In this document: positions 48,794-59,797 of the stretch, one piece after another
Layout: each line of letters opens with the position of its first letter
Position numbering within the stretch: position 1 is the first letter of the stretch
Source of the DNA: Arenicellales bacterium
GTDB lineage: Bacteria; Pseudomonadota; Gammaproteobacteria; Arenicellales; JAJDZL01
NCBI GenBank assembly: GCA_965213865.1
Contig: OZ243928.1
Coordinates: 2,441,003 to 2,505,002 of the forward strand
DNA length: 64,000 nt
Direction of reading: 5' to 3'
Notes under the pieces: generated by a model
The model's database searches: none
Seen by the model: the letters and a program-made list of their open reading frames with translations, nothing else
What the model was told of the DNA's origin: nothing
Translations under genes and position numbers: made by a program

Positions 48794-48900
48794 GCAAGCT
48801 TGTTATCGGTAACAAGCCATCGGTATTTTTTACCGTGCAACCATTTTAAGCCTTCATGTCCGCTGGCATTCGGCGCCTGTGACGCTCAAATTTACCGTCT

Positions 48901-49194
48901 CTAGTTCAAATCGACAATCTTGTAAAAAATCTCGCCTTCGCGCACCAGACCATGCTCGCTGCGAGCGCGCTCCTCCATTGCCTCGTCTCCTTGTCTCAGA
49001 TTGAGCACTTCGGCCTTAAGCACATTGTTTTTGCGCACAAGCTGATTATTGCGATCGACTTCCTCAGCGATGATTTGCTGAGTCACCTTGAGTGTAGCAA
49101 TCGAATTGTCACCCGCCCAAAACGTAAATTGCAAACTAAATGCGATTATGGCAAAGATTGCAAACGGACCAAATCTGAAAAGCAAGCTGAACAT
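48901..49194 (-). CDS. ftsB: cell division protein FtsB
   Basis: 97 aa with an N-terminal TM segment and a coiled coil (NNQLVRKNNVLKAEVLNLRQG..AMEERARSEHGLV). It lies downstream of eno. Confidence 0.9.
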   Translation of the reverse strand: MFSLLFRFGPFAIFAIIAFSLQFTFWAGDNSIATLKVTQQIIAEEVDRNNQLVRKNNVLKAEVLNLRQGDEAMEERARSEHGLVREGEIFYKIVDLN

Positions 49195-49200
49195 TGCGAG

Positions 49201-50484
49201 TCAACCTCCAAAATTTCGTAATTGCGTGTAGCTGACATCCTTTCCAAGCATGGATTCGATACGCAGCAAGCGATTGTACTTGGCCGTGCGATCCGAACGG
49301 CATGGCGCGCCTGACTTGATTTGGCCGGCACTGGTTGCTACTGCGAAATCAGCGATGACATCATCTTCGGTCTCACCCGAGCGGTGAGAAATCATCACGC
49401 TATAACTCGCCTGCTTTGCGATGTGAACAGCCTGCAGCGTCTCAGTGATCGTTCCGATCTGGTTCAGTTTGATCAAGATTGCATTGGCTGCCCGCTTCTC
49501 GATTCCAGACTTCAGGATCTCCGGGTTTGTGACAAAAATATCGTCTCCGACCAATTGTACTCGTTTTCCAATCGCTTCAGTCAAGCCAATCCATCCATGC
49601 CAATCTTCCTCAGCCATGCCATCTTCGATTGAAACGATTGGATATTCGCGGCTGAGCTGATCAAGGTATTCAATCATCTCGCCGGATGACAGCTTGAGAT
49701 CCTCAGAGTCAAGAATGTAGCGTCCTTCTTTGAAAATTTCGGAACTGGCGACATCTAATGCGATGCCAACCTGCTTGGCCGGCTTATAACCGGCCTTTGC
49801 AATCGCATCGCAAATCAGATCCAGTGCCGCTCGGTTTGACTGCAAATCAGGCGCAAATCCACCCTCATCACCGACAGCCGTGCTTTTGCCAAGCGCATCG
49901 ATTTTTTGCTTCAATGCATGGTAAATCTCTACTCCGCAGCGCAAGGCTTCCTTGAAATCTGGCATCTCAAGAGGCACAATCATAAACTCCTGAATGTCAA
50001 TATTGTTGTTGGCATGTGCGCCGCCGTTGAGAATATTGAAAAATGGAATTGGAAGTGAGACTGACTCGACTATAGCCAGATGCTCATAGAGCGGCATGTC
50101 CTTGGATTTGGCGGCTGCGCGGGCCGCTGCAATCGACACAGCGAGCACAGCATTTGCTCCAAGCTGGCTTTTGTTATCGGTGCCATCCAGCTCCAGCAGC
50201 GTCTGATCAATCTCATTTTGGTCATTCGCATCCATTCCCAAAAGAGCGGGTGCGATTCTCTCATTCACATTGGTCACCGCTCGCTGCACACCCTTGCCCA
50301 GATAACGTCCCGGGTCTGCGTCTCGGAGCTCAACCGCTTCTCGAATTCCAGTTGAGGCGCCAGAGGGCGCTGCACCCGTGCCGATCGCGCCGCCGGCCAG
50401 AGTGACCTGCGCCTCAACCGTTGGATTGCCTCTTGAATCAAGGATTTCAATGGCCTGAATATTTCGGATTTGTGCTGGATTCAT
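49201..50484 (-). CDS. eno: enolase
   Basis: [25 protein letters not shown]..., then SHRSGETED. The internal ATG is preferred over the track start at 50502. Confidence 0.97.
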   Translation of the reverse strand: MNPAQIRNIQAIEILDSRGNPTVEAQVTLAGGAIGTGAAPSGASTGIREAVELRDADPGRYLGKGVQRAVTNVNERIAPALLGMDANDQNEIDQTLLELDGTDNKSQLGANAVLAVSIAAARAAAKSKDMPLYEHLAIVESVSLPIPFFNILNGGAHANNNIDIQEFMIVPLEMPDFKEALRCGVEIYHALKQKIDALGKSTAVGDEGGFAPDLQSNRAALDLICDAIAKAGYKPAKQVGIALDVASSEIFKEGRYILDSEDLKLSSGEMIEYLDQLSREYPIVSIEDGMAEEDWHGWIGLTEAIGKRVQLVGDDIFVTNPEILKSGIEKRAANAILIKLNQIGTITETLQAVHIAKQASYSVMISHRSGETEDDVIADFAVATSAGQIKSGAPCRSDRTAKYNRLLRIESMLGKDVSYTQLRNFGG

Positions 50485-50498
50485 GCTGCTGCAGGCTC

Positions 50499-51350
50499 TC
50501 AATAGTGCGTGACTTTTGTTTTAACAAGGTAGTCGATTTCCTGCAGATCTTCCAGCAGCGATGACAGCTGCGACAAAGGCCAAGCGTTGGGGCCGTCACT
50601 CGGAGCCTGGTCAGGATTGGGATGGGTTTCCATAAACAGTGCGGATATTCCACAAGCGGTGGCGGCTCGTGCCAGCGCGGGGACGAATTCTCGCTGACCG
50701 CCTGATGAGCCATCATTGCCGCCCGGCAGCTGTACCGAGTGCGTCGCGTCAAACACGACCGGACAGCCCGTTTCGCGCATGATTGCCAAGGATCGCATAT
50801 CAACGACCAGATTATTCCAGCCGTAGGTCGCACCGCGCTCGCAGACCATTGTCTTGCCCTCCCCGCCGGCGCTGCTGGCCTTGCTCACCACATGCCGCAT
50901 CTCGTGCGGCGACAGAAACTGCGCTTTTTTGATGTTGACTATTTTTCCAGTTTGCACAGCAGCAACAATCAGATCGGTCTGCCGGCATAGAAATGCAGGC
51001 GTCTGCAGAATGTCGACATGCCGGGCTGCCAGCGCGGCTTGCTCGGGCAGATGAATATCGGTGAGAACCGGTATGCCCAGCTCTTTCTTGACTTTGGCTA
51101 GAATGGCTAGTCCGTCTTCTATCCCTAATCCTCGGTAAGAATCAATTGAGGTACGGTTGGCTTTATCATACGATGACTTGTAGGCAAACGGAATCGAGAG
51201 CGAGTCACAAATGCCCTGGATCTGGCCTGCAGTGTCCAAAGCGAACTGCTCGGACTCAATAACACAAGGACCAGCAATCAGAAAAAACGGCTGGTCAGGA
51301 CCGATGGTTGTCTGTGCGATCTGCATGAAACCAGAAAATCGGATTCGCAT
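50499..51350 (-). CDS. kdsA: 3-deoxy-8-phosphooctulonate synthase
   Basis: 283 aa with [34 protein letters not shown]. Confidence 0.95.
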   Translation of the reverse strand: MRIRFSGFMQIAQTTIGPDQPFFLIAGPCVIESEQFALDTAGQIQGICDSLSIPFAYKSSYDKANRTSIDSYRGLGIEDGLAILAKVKKELGIPVLTDIHLPEQAALAARHVDILQTPAFLCRQTDLIVAAVQTGKIVNIKKAQFLSPHEMRHVVSKASSAGGEGKTMVCERGATYGWNNLVVDMRSLAIMRETGCPVVFDATHSVQLPGGNDGSSGGQREFVPALARAATACGISALFMETHPNPDQAPSDGPNAWPLSQLSSLLEDLQEIDYLVKTKVTHY

Positions 51351-52982
<1,632 letters not shown>

Positions 52983-53141
52983 TTACTGAAGAGAAAAACA
53001 AGATGGATCACAGTTTTGACAGACTTGGAATAAGACTGCCTGAACGGGCTAATAGGTTACCACAAATCCATTTGTGAATGGGAGCAAAAAGGAAAAATAA
53101 TTCCGGACTAGCCGCAGGCTGCCGAGACGTCCTTATCTTTG

Positions 53142-54497
53142 TCAGCGTATCAGCGTCACAGCAATTCGACTGCAGCCAAAATACTTTTTCCATGAACGCG
53201 AGTAGATCCACGGAGCCACTGCAATCAATTCATCATCTGCAAACACCAGCGGAAGCTGACTTCGCTCCCAAGGCGGAATTCTCTGCTGCTGCAGCAGCTT
53301 TTTTAGAGATGCCGAATGAGCTCTGCCAGGCAGCACGATGCGCTCTCCCCCCTTTCGGAACCGAATTGTGAGTTTGTCAGGCCCCGCGCTCTTTGCCGGT
53401 GCCCGAGTGTCACCCGCAGCGGGGGCAATCCTCAGCGCCAATTGATTGACTGTAATCGTGCGGTGCGGCTCCCACTCAATCTCTCCTGACTGCCTTGCGA
53501 TCTCGCGCGACGGACAAACATAAAGTCTGGAGTCGTACAGGCAGATACGATAGCCGGACAAGCCATTGAGCTCGAAATAGAAGGTCTGCCCCCCCAGTAT
53601 CGAACGCAGCAGGTGTACAAGCAATTTCCTATTGGGCTCCCGCAAGCCTTGAGCTCGGGTCCAGTGGCGGATTAAATTGCACTGTCGAGCTGGATTCAGC
53701 CGCTTGAGCTCGCTCAGACTCAGCACAGTACCCGTGCTGAACAGGCTCATGCCAGGTATCTTGCATTGATCTGCGTCAGCTTGCGCAGCCTGATCCAGAA
53801 TGGATTGCGCATCCGCAAGCAGTGCCGCTGAACGTGCAATCTGTCGAACGGCACAGTGCCATCGCGCCTCAACTGCGGGTATCACTTGATGACGCAAATA
53901 GTTGCGATCATGATGCAAGCTGTCATTGGCTGGGTCTGCAATGTACGGCAACTGGTTTTGCGCAGCATAATCCATTATCCGCTGCTTGCTGAAATCCAGC
54001 AAGGGCCGAATCAGCTGACCTTTTCCAAACGGTCGTGATTTGCTGATTGCGGCCAAACCGCGTGTCCCGGAACCCCGCATGAGATGCAGCAGCAATGTTT
54101 CAGCTTGATCACTCTGATGGTGTGCGGTCAGCAGACATTCCTTTTCTTTCAGCTGTCTGCGAAACCAAGCGTAGCGCGCCTGTCGAGCCTCGACTTCTGA
54201 CACTCGCCCCGCATTGTCTGCCCACCGAACACGTTCAAAGCAAAACTCAACGTCCATCGACTTGCAGAATTCGGCGCACTGAGCTCGCCAGTTCGCTGAC
54301 TCGACGGCAATCGCATGATCAACATGACAGGCTTTCAGATTGAATTCATAGTCCGATCTCAGGACATACAGCAGATGCAGCAAAACTGCCGAATCAATGC
54401 CTCCGCTGTAAGCAACGAGAAGGGAGGGCTTGTCTTCGAACCGGATAAATTCAGCGAGTTGATCGATCAGTGATTGCGGAGTCAGTGCATTCGCCAT
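53142..54497 (-). CDS. tilS: tRNA(Ile)-lysidine synthase
   Basis: 451 aa with the PP-loop motif VAYSGGIDS. It is adjacent to accA, as in many gammaproteobacteria. Confidence 0.9.
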   Translation of the reverse strand: MANALTPQSLIDQLAEFIRFEDKPSLLVAYSGGIDSAVLLHLLYVLRSDYEFNLKACHVDHAIAVESANWRAQCAEFCKSMDVEFCFERVRWADNAGRVSEVEARQARYAWFRRQLKEKECLLTAHHQSDQAETLLLHLMRGSGTRGLAAISKSRPFGKGQLIRPLLDFSKQRIMDYAAQNQLPYIADPANDSLHHDRNYLRHQVIPAVEARWHCAVRQIARSAALLADAQSILDQAAQADADQCKIPGMSLFSTGTVLSLSELKRLNPARQCNLIRHWTRAQGLREPNRKLLVHLLRSILGGQTFYFELNGLSGYRICLYDSRLYVCPSREIARQSGEIEWEPHRTITVNQLALRIAPAAGDTRAPAKSAGPDKLTIRFRKGGERIVLPGRAHSASLKKLLQQQRIPPWERSQLPLVFADDELIAVAPWIYSRSWKKYFGCSRIAVTLIR

Positions 54498-54553
54498 GCT
54501 GTTGATGTACTGCGTTGCTGGCGGGTTAGCAGGCGGCCGTGCCGACCTGAGAT

Positions 54554-55522
54554 TTATGGCTGATTGATTTTTTGAAACTCGCCATAGGACATCAGCCTTT
54601 GATTTCTTTTTTCCAAGAGCTCGTCAATGTCAAGATTTTGCAATCGATCCAAAGCATTGACCAAGGTATCTTTCAAATCCTTTGCCATGCTGTCGTAGTC
54701 CCGATGCGCACCGCCAACTGGTTCGCGAACCACCTGATCAATCAATTTGTTGCGCAGCAGCGCATTCGAAGTCAGTCCCATGACAGCTGCCGCGTCTTCG
54801 GCTTTGGTCGAGTCTTTCCATAGAATTGAGGCACATCCTTCCGGAGAAATGACTGAATAGGTGGAATGCTCAAGCATGACCAGATAATCTGCAATGCCAA
54901 TTGCGAGCGCACCGCCCGATCCGCCTTCTCCGATCACCGTGGCAATAATGGGACAGCGAGCGCGCACGAAAGTCATCAGACTTGACGCAATCGCTTCGCT
55001 TTGTCCGCGCTCCTCAGCATCAATCCCCGGATAAGCCCCGGGCGTATCGATAAATGTCAGCACCGGCAAGCGGAACTTGGCAGCAAGTTTCACTACGCGC
55101 TGCGCTTTGCGGTAGCCTTCTGGCTTGGGCATGCCGAAATTCCGTGCCAGTTTTGACTGGGTGTTGCGACCTTTCTGGTGTCCGATGACAGCGACTCCAT
55201 GACCGTTCAACTTGGCCAGTCCGCAGACAATCGCGGCATCTTCCGCGTAGACTCGATCTCCGTGTATTTCCTCAAAATCGACAAACAGGCGCTTGATGTA
55301 GTCCAAGGTGTAGGGTCGCATGGGGTGACGGGCCAGCTGTGTAACCTGCCATGGCGTCAGGGAAGAAAATATGCTCTCAGTCAGTTTTCTGCTTTGCAGC
55401 TCAAGCCGCTGAATTTCATTTGACAAATCAACACCGGTCGCTTCATTCACCCGGCGCAGCTCGCCAATTTTGGCATCAATCTCTGCGATCGGCTTTTCGA
55501 ATTCGAGGAACGAGCTGATCAA
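54554..55522 (-). CDS. accA: acetyl-CoA carboxylase carboxyltransferase alpha subunit
   Basis: 322 aa with LDFEKPI-like [18 protein letters not shown] and [10 protein letters not shown]. Confidence 0.96.
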   Translation of the reverse strand: MISSFLEFEKPIAEIDAKIGELRRVNEATGVDLSNEIQRLELQSRKLTESIFSSLTPWQVTQLARHPMRPYTLDYIKRLFVDFEEIHGDRVYAEDAAIVCGLAKLNGHGVAVIGHQKGRNTQSKLARNFGMPKPEGYRKAQRVVKLAAKFRLPVLTFIDTPGAYPGIDAEERGQSEAIASSLMTFVRARCPIIATVIGEGGSGGALAIGIADYLVMLEHSTYSVISPEGCASILWKDSTKAEDAAAVMGLTSNALLRNKLIDQVVREPVGGAHRDYDSMAKDLKDTLVNALDRLQNLDIDELLEKRNQRLMSYGEFQKINQP

Positions 55523-55921
55523 TTGACTTTACAAACAATTTACAAACAATAAATTAAGGCTGAGAATTCGCACCAAATCTTTTGCTTCGACTTTTTTAAA
55601 TTTACGATATGAGGCGAGGTAAAGCCATGAACATGCCTTCAGGCCAATCCCACTATGTCGAAAATATCTACAATTGACCGAGTGCATGAGGCTGCCACCT
55701 GACTTCTCAGTTACAAGATTCTCAGAAAACGATTAATCACGAATGACAATCTTATCCTTTACGGTGAGACCTTAATAAAGTTCTGGTCAGAGATTCGGAG
55801 ATGGGTTGTGCCTTCGGGATATCTTGCGTGTACAATTTCAGCCTTTATTTGATTTCCTTCGATTCTTATTTGTCTCTGAGGCCTTGATGCTTTCATTATC
55901 GAAATTACTTCCTTAAGTCTC

Positions 55922-56656
55922 CTAATGTCTTTCAGAAACACTGCGAAACATGTTTACATTCGAATACGCAGCGATTCGCTCTTTTGCTGTTCTTTTGTAT
56001 CCACGCCAATACTTGATAAATTCACTCTCAGATTCAAAAACACCGTTGCCGTTGGTAAAGTCTTGAATTGTACCGGTCATACTGCCAATGTTTGCGGTGT
56101 TTCCGCTCCCGGCTCTGTCTCCCGCTATGCGCCATTTCTCTTGCATAAAAACATCGACATCCCCAAAAGGAATAGGGGCTTCACTTAGCGTTTCCACTGA
56201 ATAAACTCGTCTACTGGCAACTCGCTTTTTTGCCAATCTTCTGTAAACAAATCCAATCACCCAGTGCTCTCCGTATTGGCTGTATGGAAAAACAATATTT
56301 TTATTTTCTGTTTCTGGGCGGATATAACTTGTATAACTTCCAAGGGCGTAGTTGAATCGAGTTTTCCCATTTTCAAGATATGTGGTTTTTACATCGATCG
56401 CTATCTTATTTTGATCATCCTCGCCATTCATTAAAGTAAAACCCGGATAGCGATTTTGTTTCTCCGGCTCTTTTAACTGCAGTCCGATACTATCCGCATA
56501 TTTTGCCACAGCCTGGCGGGTTACAAGCTCAAATAAAGAACTGATTACCTTTGTGTCAGAGCCAAGTGGATAAACCCTCCCTTTTCGATCTACAACACCG
56601 CAAAGACTACACCCGTTCTTCATTTCAGCCAACGTGTGCAGAATAAAATCTTTCAT
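55922..56656 (-). CDS. EcoRV-family type II restriction endonuclease homolog, with Gly at the catalytic Asp74-equivalent position
   Basis: 244 aa, colinear with my recollection of R.EcoRV. Matching blocks include G.VYPLGSDTKV.S..FEL, NRYPGFTL vs NHYPDFTL, KIAIDVKTTY vs KIAIDIKTTY, the recognition loop GSGNTANIGS vs GSGNTTNIGS, and DYWR.Y.RT. The ATG overlaps the methylase TGA (ATGA). Confidence 0.85.
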   Translation of the reverse strand: MKDFILHTLAEMKNGCSLCGVVDRKGRVYPLGSDTKVISSLFELVTRQAVAKYADSIGLQLKEPEKQNRYPGFTLMNGEDDQNKIAIDVKTTYLENGKTRFNYALGSYTSYIRPETENKNIVFPYSQYGEHWVIGFVYRRLAKKRVASRRVYSVETLSEAPIPFGDVDVFMQEKWRIAGDRAGSGNTANIGSMTGTIQDFTNGNGVFESESEFIKYWRGYKRTAKERIAAYSNVNMFRSVSERH

Positions 56657-57543
56657 CCGATTACCAATGCTTCAGTTATTGAGTTTCTCAGGCTTTCCGA
56701 TGATCCAAGATGATAAAAATGTGAAAACGTCTTTATTTTATAGTCTGAAAATTGATCATAAAGCCGGTTATTTTTTCTGTATTTATTCTCCGCCCACATT
56801 GAATATAAAAATTTACACGGCAGTGTTTTCAGCCTTTCTTCAAGTTCACAAGCATCATTATCACCCCAAGAATTGAAATAATCATTATATCGGCCCGCAT
56901 AGGGCGGGTCCGTATAAACAAAATCATTCGAATCGACATTTGACAGAATGCTGCTCCAATCCGAACAGATAAATTCCCAATTCTTACCTTCAATCTTCTG
57001 CGCAGCCCATCTGACTTGATTGCATATTTTGGTGATATAGGCCGCTCTGAACCTTTCAGGCTTTCGGCAAAATGGTGTATTGAGTCCTCCAGATTTATTG
57101 AATCTGACCAATCCGTTGAAACACGACCGATTCAAAAACAAAAAATCGTGCGGGTCACCATTCTGATTGAATCGGTCTCTGACTTGATAGTAGCATTCCT
57201 CACCCAAACGCGAAAGCCGCTCTCCTTCTCGTTCCAGATGACTCCGAACAGACTCAGAGCTGAGTGTTTTGTCTTGGATCGACTTGTAAAACCGGATGAT
57301 GTGAGGATTCGAATCTCCCGCAACAACCTTATCTGGCTCTACATTGAGCAACACAACAGCTGAGCCGAGGAAAGGCTCAATCCATCGACCGTTCCCATCC
57401 CAGCAAATGTTTTGGCTTATGTGCGGCAGTGCTTTTGTTTTGGGAATTATAACGAATAGTGCCCAAACCGCGCCGCCGCCAATCCGGTCAGCGAACTCTC
57501 TGCTTGTGAATTGACGCCGCTTTTCTCTGCCGCGGCGCGCCAC
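56653..57543 (-). CDS. IS-methyltransferase hybrid ORF (GTG inside the IS end, read-through into the methylase body)
   Basis: This is track ORF 56653..57543. Its first 34 codons (MARRGREKRRQFTSREFADRIGGGAVWALFVIIP) are encoded by IS sequence. KTK, encoded by the left target-site copy, follows, and then the native methylase. Confidence 0.45.
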   Translation of the reverse strand: MARRGREKRRQFTSREFADRIGGGAVWALFVIIPKTKALPHISQNICWDGNGRWIEPFLGSAVVLLNVEPDKVVAGDSNPHIIRFYKSIQDKTLSSESVRSHLEREGERLSRLGEECYYQVRDRFNQNGDPHDFLFLNRSCFNGLVRFNKSGGLNTPFCRKPERFRAAYITKICNQVRWAAQKIEGKNWEFICSDWSSILSNVDSNDFVYTDPPYAGRYNDYFNSWGDNDACELEERLKTLPCKFLYSMWAENKYRKNNRLYDQFSDYKIKTFSHFYHLGSSESLRNSITEALVIG

Positions 57544-58785
57544 CGCGAACCAGCGCAGCCCTCACCTGCTCCGGCGTGGCATTGATGCGCAGGTCAGTCT
57601 TGGATTTTTTCAAGTCGGGTTTGGATTTTTTCATCATGGCTGCCGCCTGCTGCGCGGGACAATTCATTTTCAGTTTGCCCAGCTGTACACAGGCATCTGA
57701 AACAGCAGACGCTTCCAAAGGGCGGGCCAGCATAATTCACACCCTGTCAGCTTTCAGATCCCTGCAAGTCAGCCGCTTGCCCTCCATGCCCCTGACGATG
57801 CCGGTCATCTGGTCGATGGTATCCAGCGACCGGATATTGTGCTTGCCCGCAAACTCGGACACATAGCGGTGCAGGTGCTGGCGGCTGATCTTGTGGAATG
57901 TGCCTTTATGCGCCCGTTTCAGAACTGCCCAGAACGACTCAATGCCGTTGATATGCGCCTGTCCTTTGACATACTCGCCGACCGAGTGCTTGACAGTGTC
58001 ATGCTCGAAATCGACCATGCCCTCGTAGCTTTTGTGATCGTCTGTGTAGACTGTAGAATTCGGCTTGGCATTGTCCGCCACAAATCCTTGCAAAGTCGCC
58101 CGCTTGGTATTCTCAATCACTCTGGCGGACACCTGGTTTGATTCCCGCTCTTTCATTCCGATTACAGCAGTCTTGCCAACCCCGCCGCGTCCGGCATTCA
58201 GCTTTTTGCTGGAATGCTTGCTGGTCTCTTTCCCGCCCATGTAAGTCTCATCCACTTCCACTGTGCCGCTGAACATGGCTGTATCGCCCTGCTCATAGGC
58301 CTTGCGGATCCGGTGTGCCAGCCGCCAAGCTGAGGGCTGCGCAATTTTCAGGTCGCGTCGCAGTTTCATGGACGATACACTTTTCAGGCTGGTGGTCATC
58401 AGGTAAGTGGCAATCGCCCAAGTTCGATAATCAAGGTTCGAGCTTTCCATGACTGTGCCGGTCTTGACGCTGAACCGCTTGCCGCAGACTTTGCGATTCC
58501 GGCAGCGAAACGGCATTGTCTTGTGCCTTGCGCCGGTCAGCACATTCTCTGATCCGCAGTGCGGGCAGTAGATGCCGTCTTTCCAGCGGGCTTCAATGAA
58601 CCATTTCTCAGCTGTCTCATTGTTGGAAAACATATCCATAATCTCAATCAGCGACAGTCCTTTGCGGTAGCTTTTTCCGGGCGCAGTCTGCATTGCTCTT
58701 TACCTTTATAGTAATTCTGTCAGTTTTTTGTCAAAATCCTGCCAGGTATTATACACTATTTTGGGCACTATTCGTTATAATTCCC
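57442..58785 (-). mobile_element. IS1595-family insertion sequence, 1344 bp, apparently intact
   Basis: It has perfect 26-bp terminal inverted repeats, GGGAATTATAACGAATAGTGCCCAAA (57442-57467) and its reverse complement (58760-58785). They are flanked by an 8-bp direct repeat TTTGTTTT (57434-57441 and 58786-58793). It encodes a 318-aa transposase. Confidence 0.9.
57737..58693 (-). CDS. IS1595-family transposase (N-terminal zinc ribbon plus DDE domain)
   Basis: CPHCGS....FRCRNRKVCGKRFSVKTGT zinc ribbon, then VEVDETYMGG, VYTDDHKSY and NGIESFWAVLKR, typical of ISXO2/IS1595-like transposases. Confidence 0.88.
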   Translation of the reverse strand: MQTAPGKSYRKGLSLIEIMDMFSNNETAEKWFIEARWKDGIYCPHCGSENVLTGARHKTMPFRCRNRKVCGKRFSVKTGTVMESSNLDYRTWAIATYLMTTSLKSVSSMKLRRDLKIAQPSAWRLAHRIRKAYEQGDTAMFSGTVEVDETYMGGKETSKHSSKKLNAGRGGVGKTAVIGMKERESNQVSARVIENTKRATLQGFVADNAKPNSTVYTDDHKSYEGMVDFEHDTVKHSVGEYVKGQAHINGIESFWAVLKRAHKGTFHKISRQHLHRYVSEFAGKHNIRSLDTIDQMTGIVRGMEGKRLTCRDLKADRV

Positions 58786-59725
58786 TTTGTTTTTATACCT
58801 TGAATTTTTAAGGGAGGTGTCCTTACCTCAATTTTTGCATCGTTCATTTTCTATCTGTGCTCCAAGGCATGCAAAACTGATCAAGCTAGCACAGAAAATG
58901 CACAGATATGAATCGTAACTTGGATATATGCACAATTAACAATCATCAAATCTTGAGCTTGGGACATTTCACGTGGCTCAAAAGCTGAGTTTCACGCATT
59001 GAGACAGATGCACTTCGGATCAGTTGATTCGTTAGGCATTGACCCCTTTTATCATACTGTTGCCCGGGATTTGAAATTTAGCCATATCAGTCTTGTGCCG
59101 CTGGCTTGGATTTTTTCGAAACTAAAATTTTAAGCATTTGATAAAAATGAAAAATTTATCTTTTAAATGAGAAGATACCCGTCACACGAGACTAGCCGCT
59201 CTATAACCGATTTCAAGATTATGAAAACGTAAATTTCCGTATAAATTTACCTGCGGGGACTGACTTTTTCGGCTTTAATCCAGTCCATACAAGATCATGG
59301 TCACAGATGATCGACCGAAAGCACTGCCGATTCAGGCGAGCAAGATTACGGCATGGCTCGCCAAGATCAAGGAATTTGCACAACGGCTCCGGCGGATGCG
59401 ATCTATCACAGACCGGGCTTCAAGCACCTTGCCGATCGCAACCTGAGCCGCATTGTCGAGTATCGGGACAGCCGACTGGTGCGTGGTGCGATCAATGCAA
59501 AGCACCGCACCCGGCGGGTCGGCTGGCAAAGCGGCCCGAAGCGGCAGCACCTGAGTATGACTGTGAACAACACGCGAAATGCCGATCAATTTGTTGTGCC
59601 GACAAAGCGGCCCAATGCTCTGAAAACATTGAGCCGCATCCGAATCGATATCATCGGCATATCACTGATCGAAGAATCGCTGCTGAACACAGCCAAGTTG
59701 AAGATAGATCACAGCACCGAAAAAT

Positions 59726-59767
59726 AGTTATATCCTGAAATTTACCAGTTATATCCTGAAATTTACC
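59726..59767. repeat. perfect tandem duplication, 2 x 21 bp (AGTTATATCCTGAAATTTACC)
   Basis: Read directly at 59726-59746 and 59747-59767. The 3' 9-mer AAATTTACC also occurs at 59246-59254. Confidence 0.9.
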
Positions 59768-59797
59768 GCAATTCAGACCTAGCTCCCAGCTTCATCG

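Larger units (their letters stand above)
56653..58847 (-). pseudogene. M.EcoRV/Dam-family N6-adenine DNA methyltransferase gene, interrupted 20 codons from its start by an IS1595-family element
   Basis: The 3' part reads KTKALPHISQNICWDGNGRWIEPFLGSAVVLLNV...LFLNRSCFNGLVRFN...VYTDPPYAGRYNDYFNSW. This is colinear with my recollection of M.EcoRV ([30 protein letters not shown]...DPPY). Removing 57442-58793 restores MNDAKIEVRTPPLKIQGIKTKALPHIS... from ATG 58847. Confidence 0.85.

Noticed and set aside
55759-55941. A 60-aa minus-strand ORF just downstream of, and slightly overlapping, the restriction endonuclease gene. I considered it as a possible small R-M accessory or controller protein.
   Set aside because: It overlaps the endonuclease 3' end, shows no helix-turn-helix pattern, and sits downstream rather than upstream of the operon. 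The evidence is insufficient.
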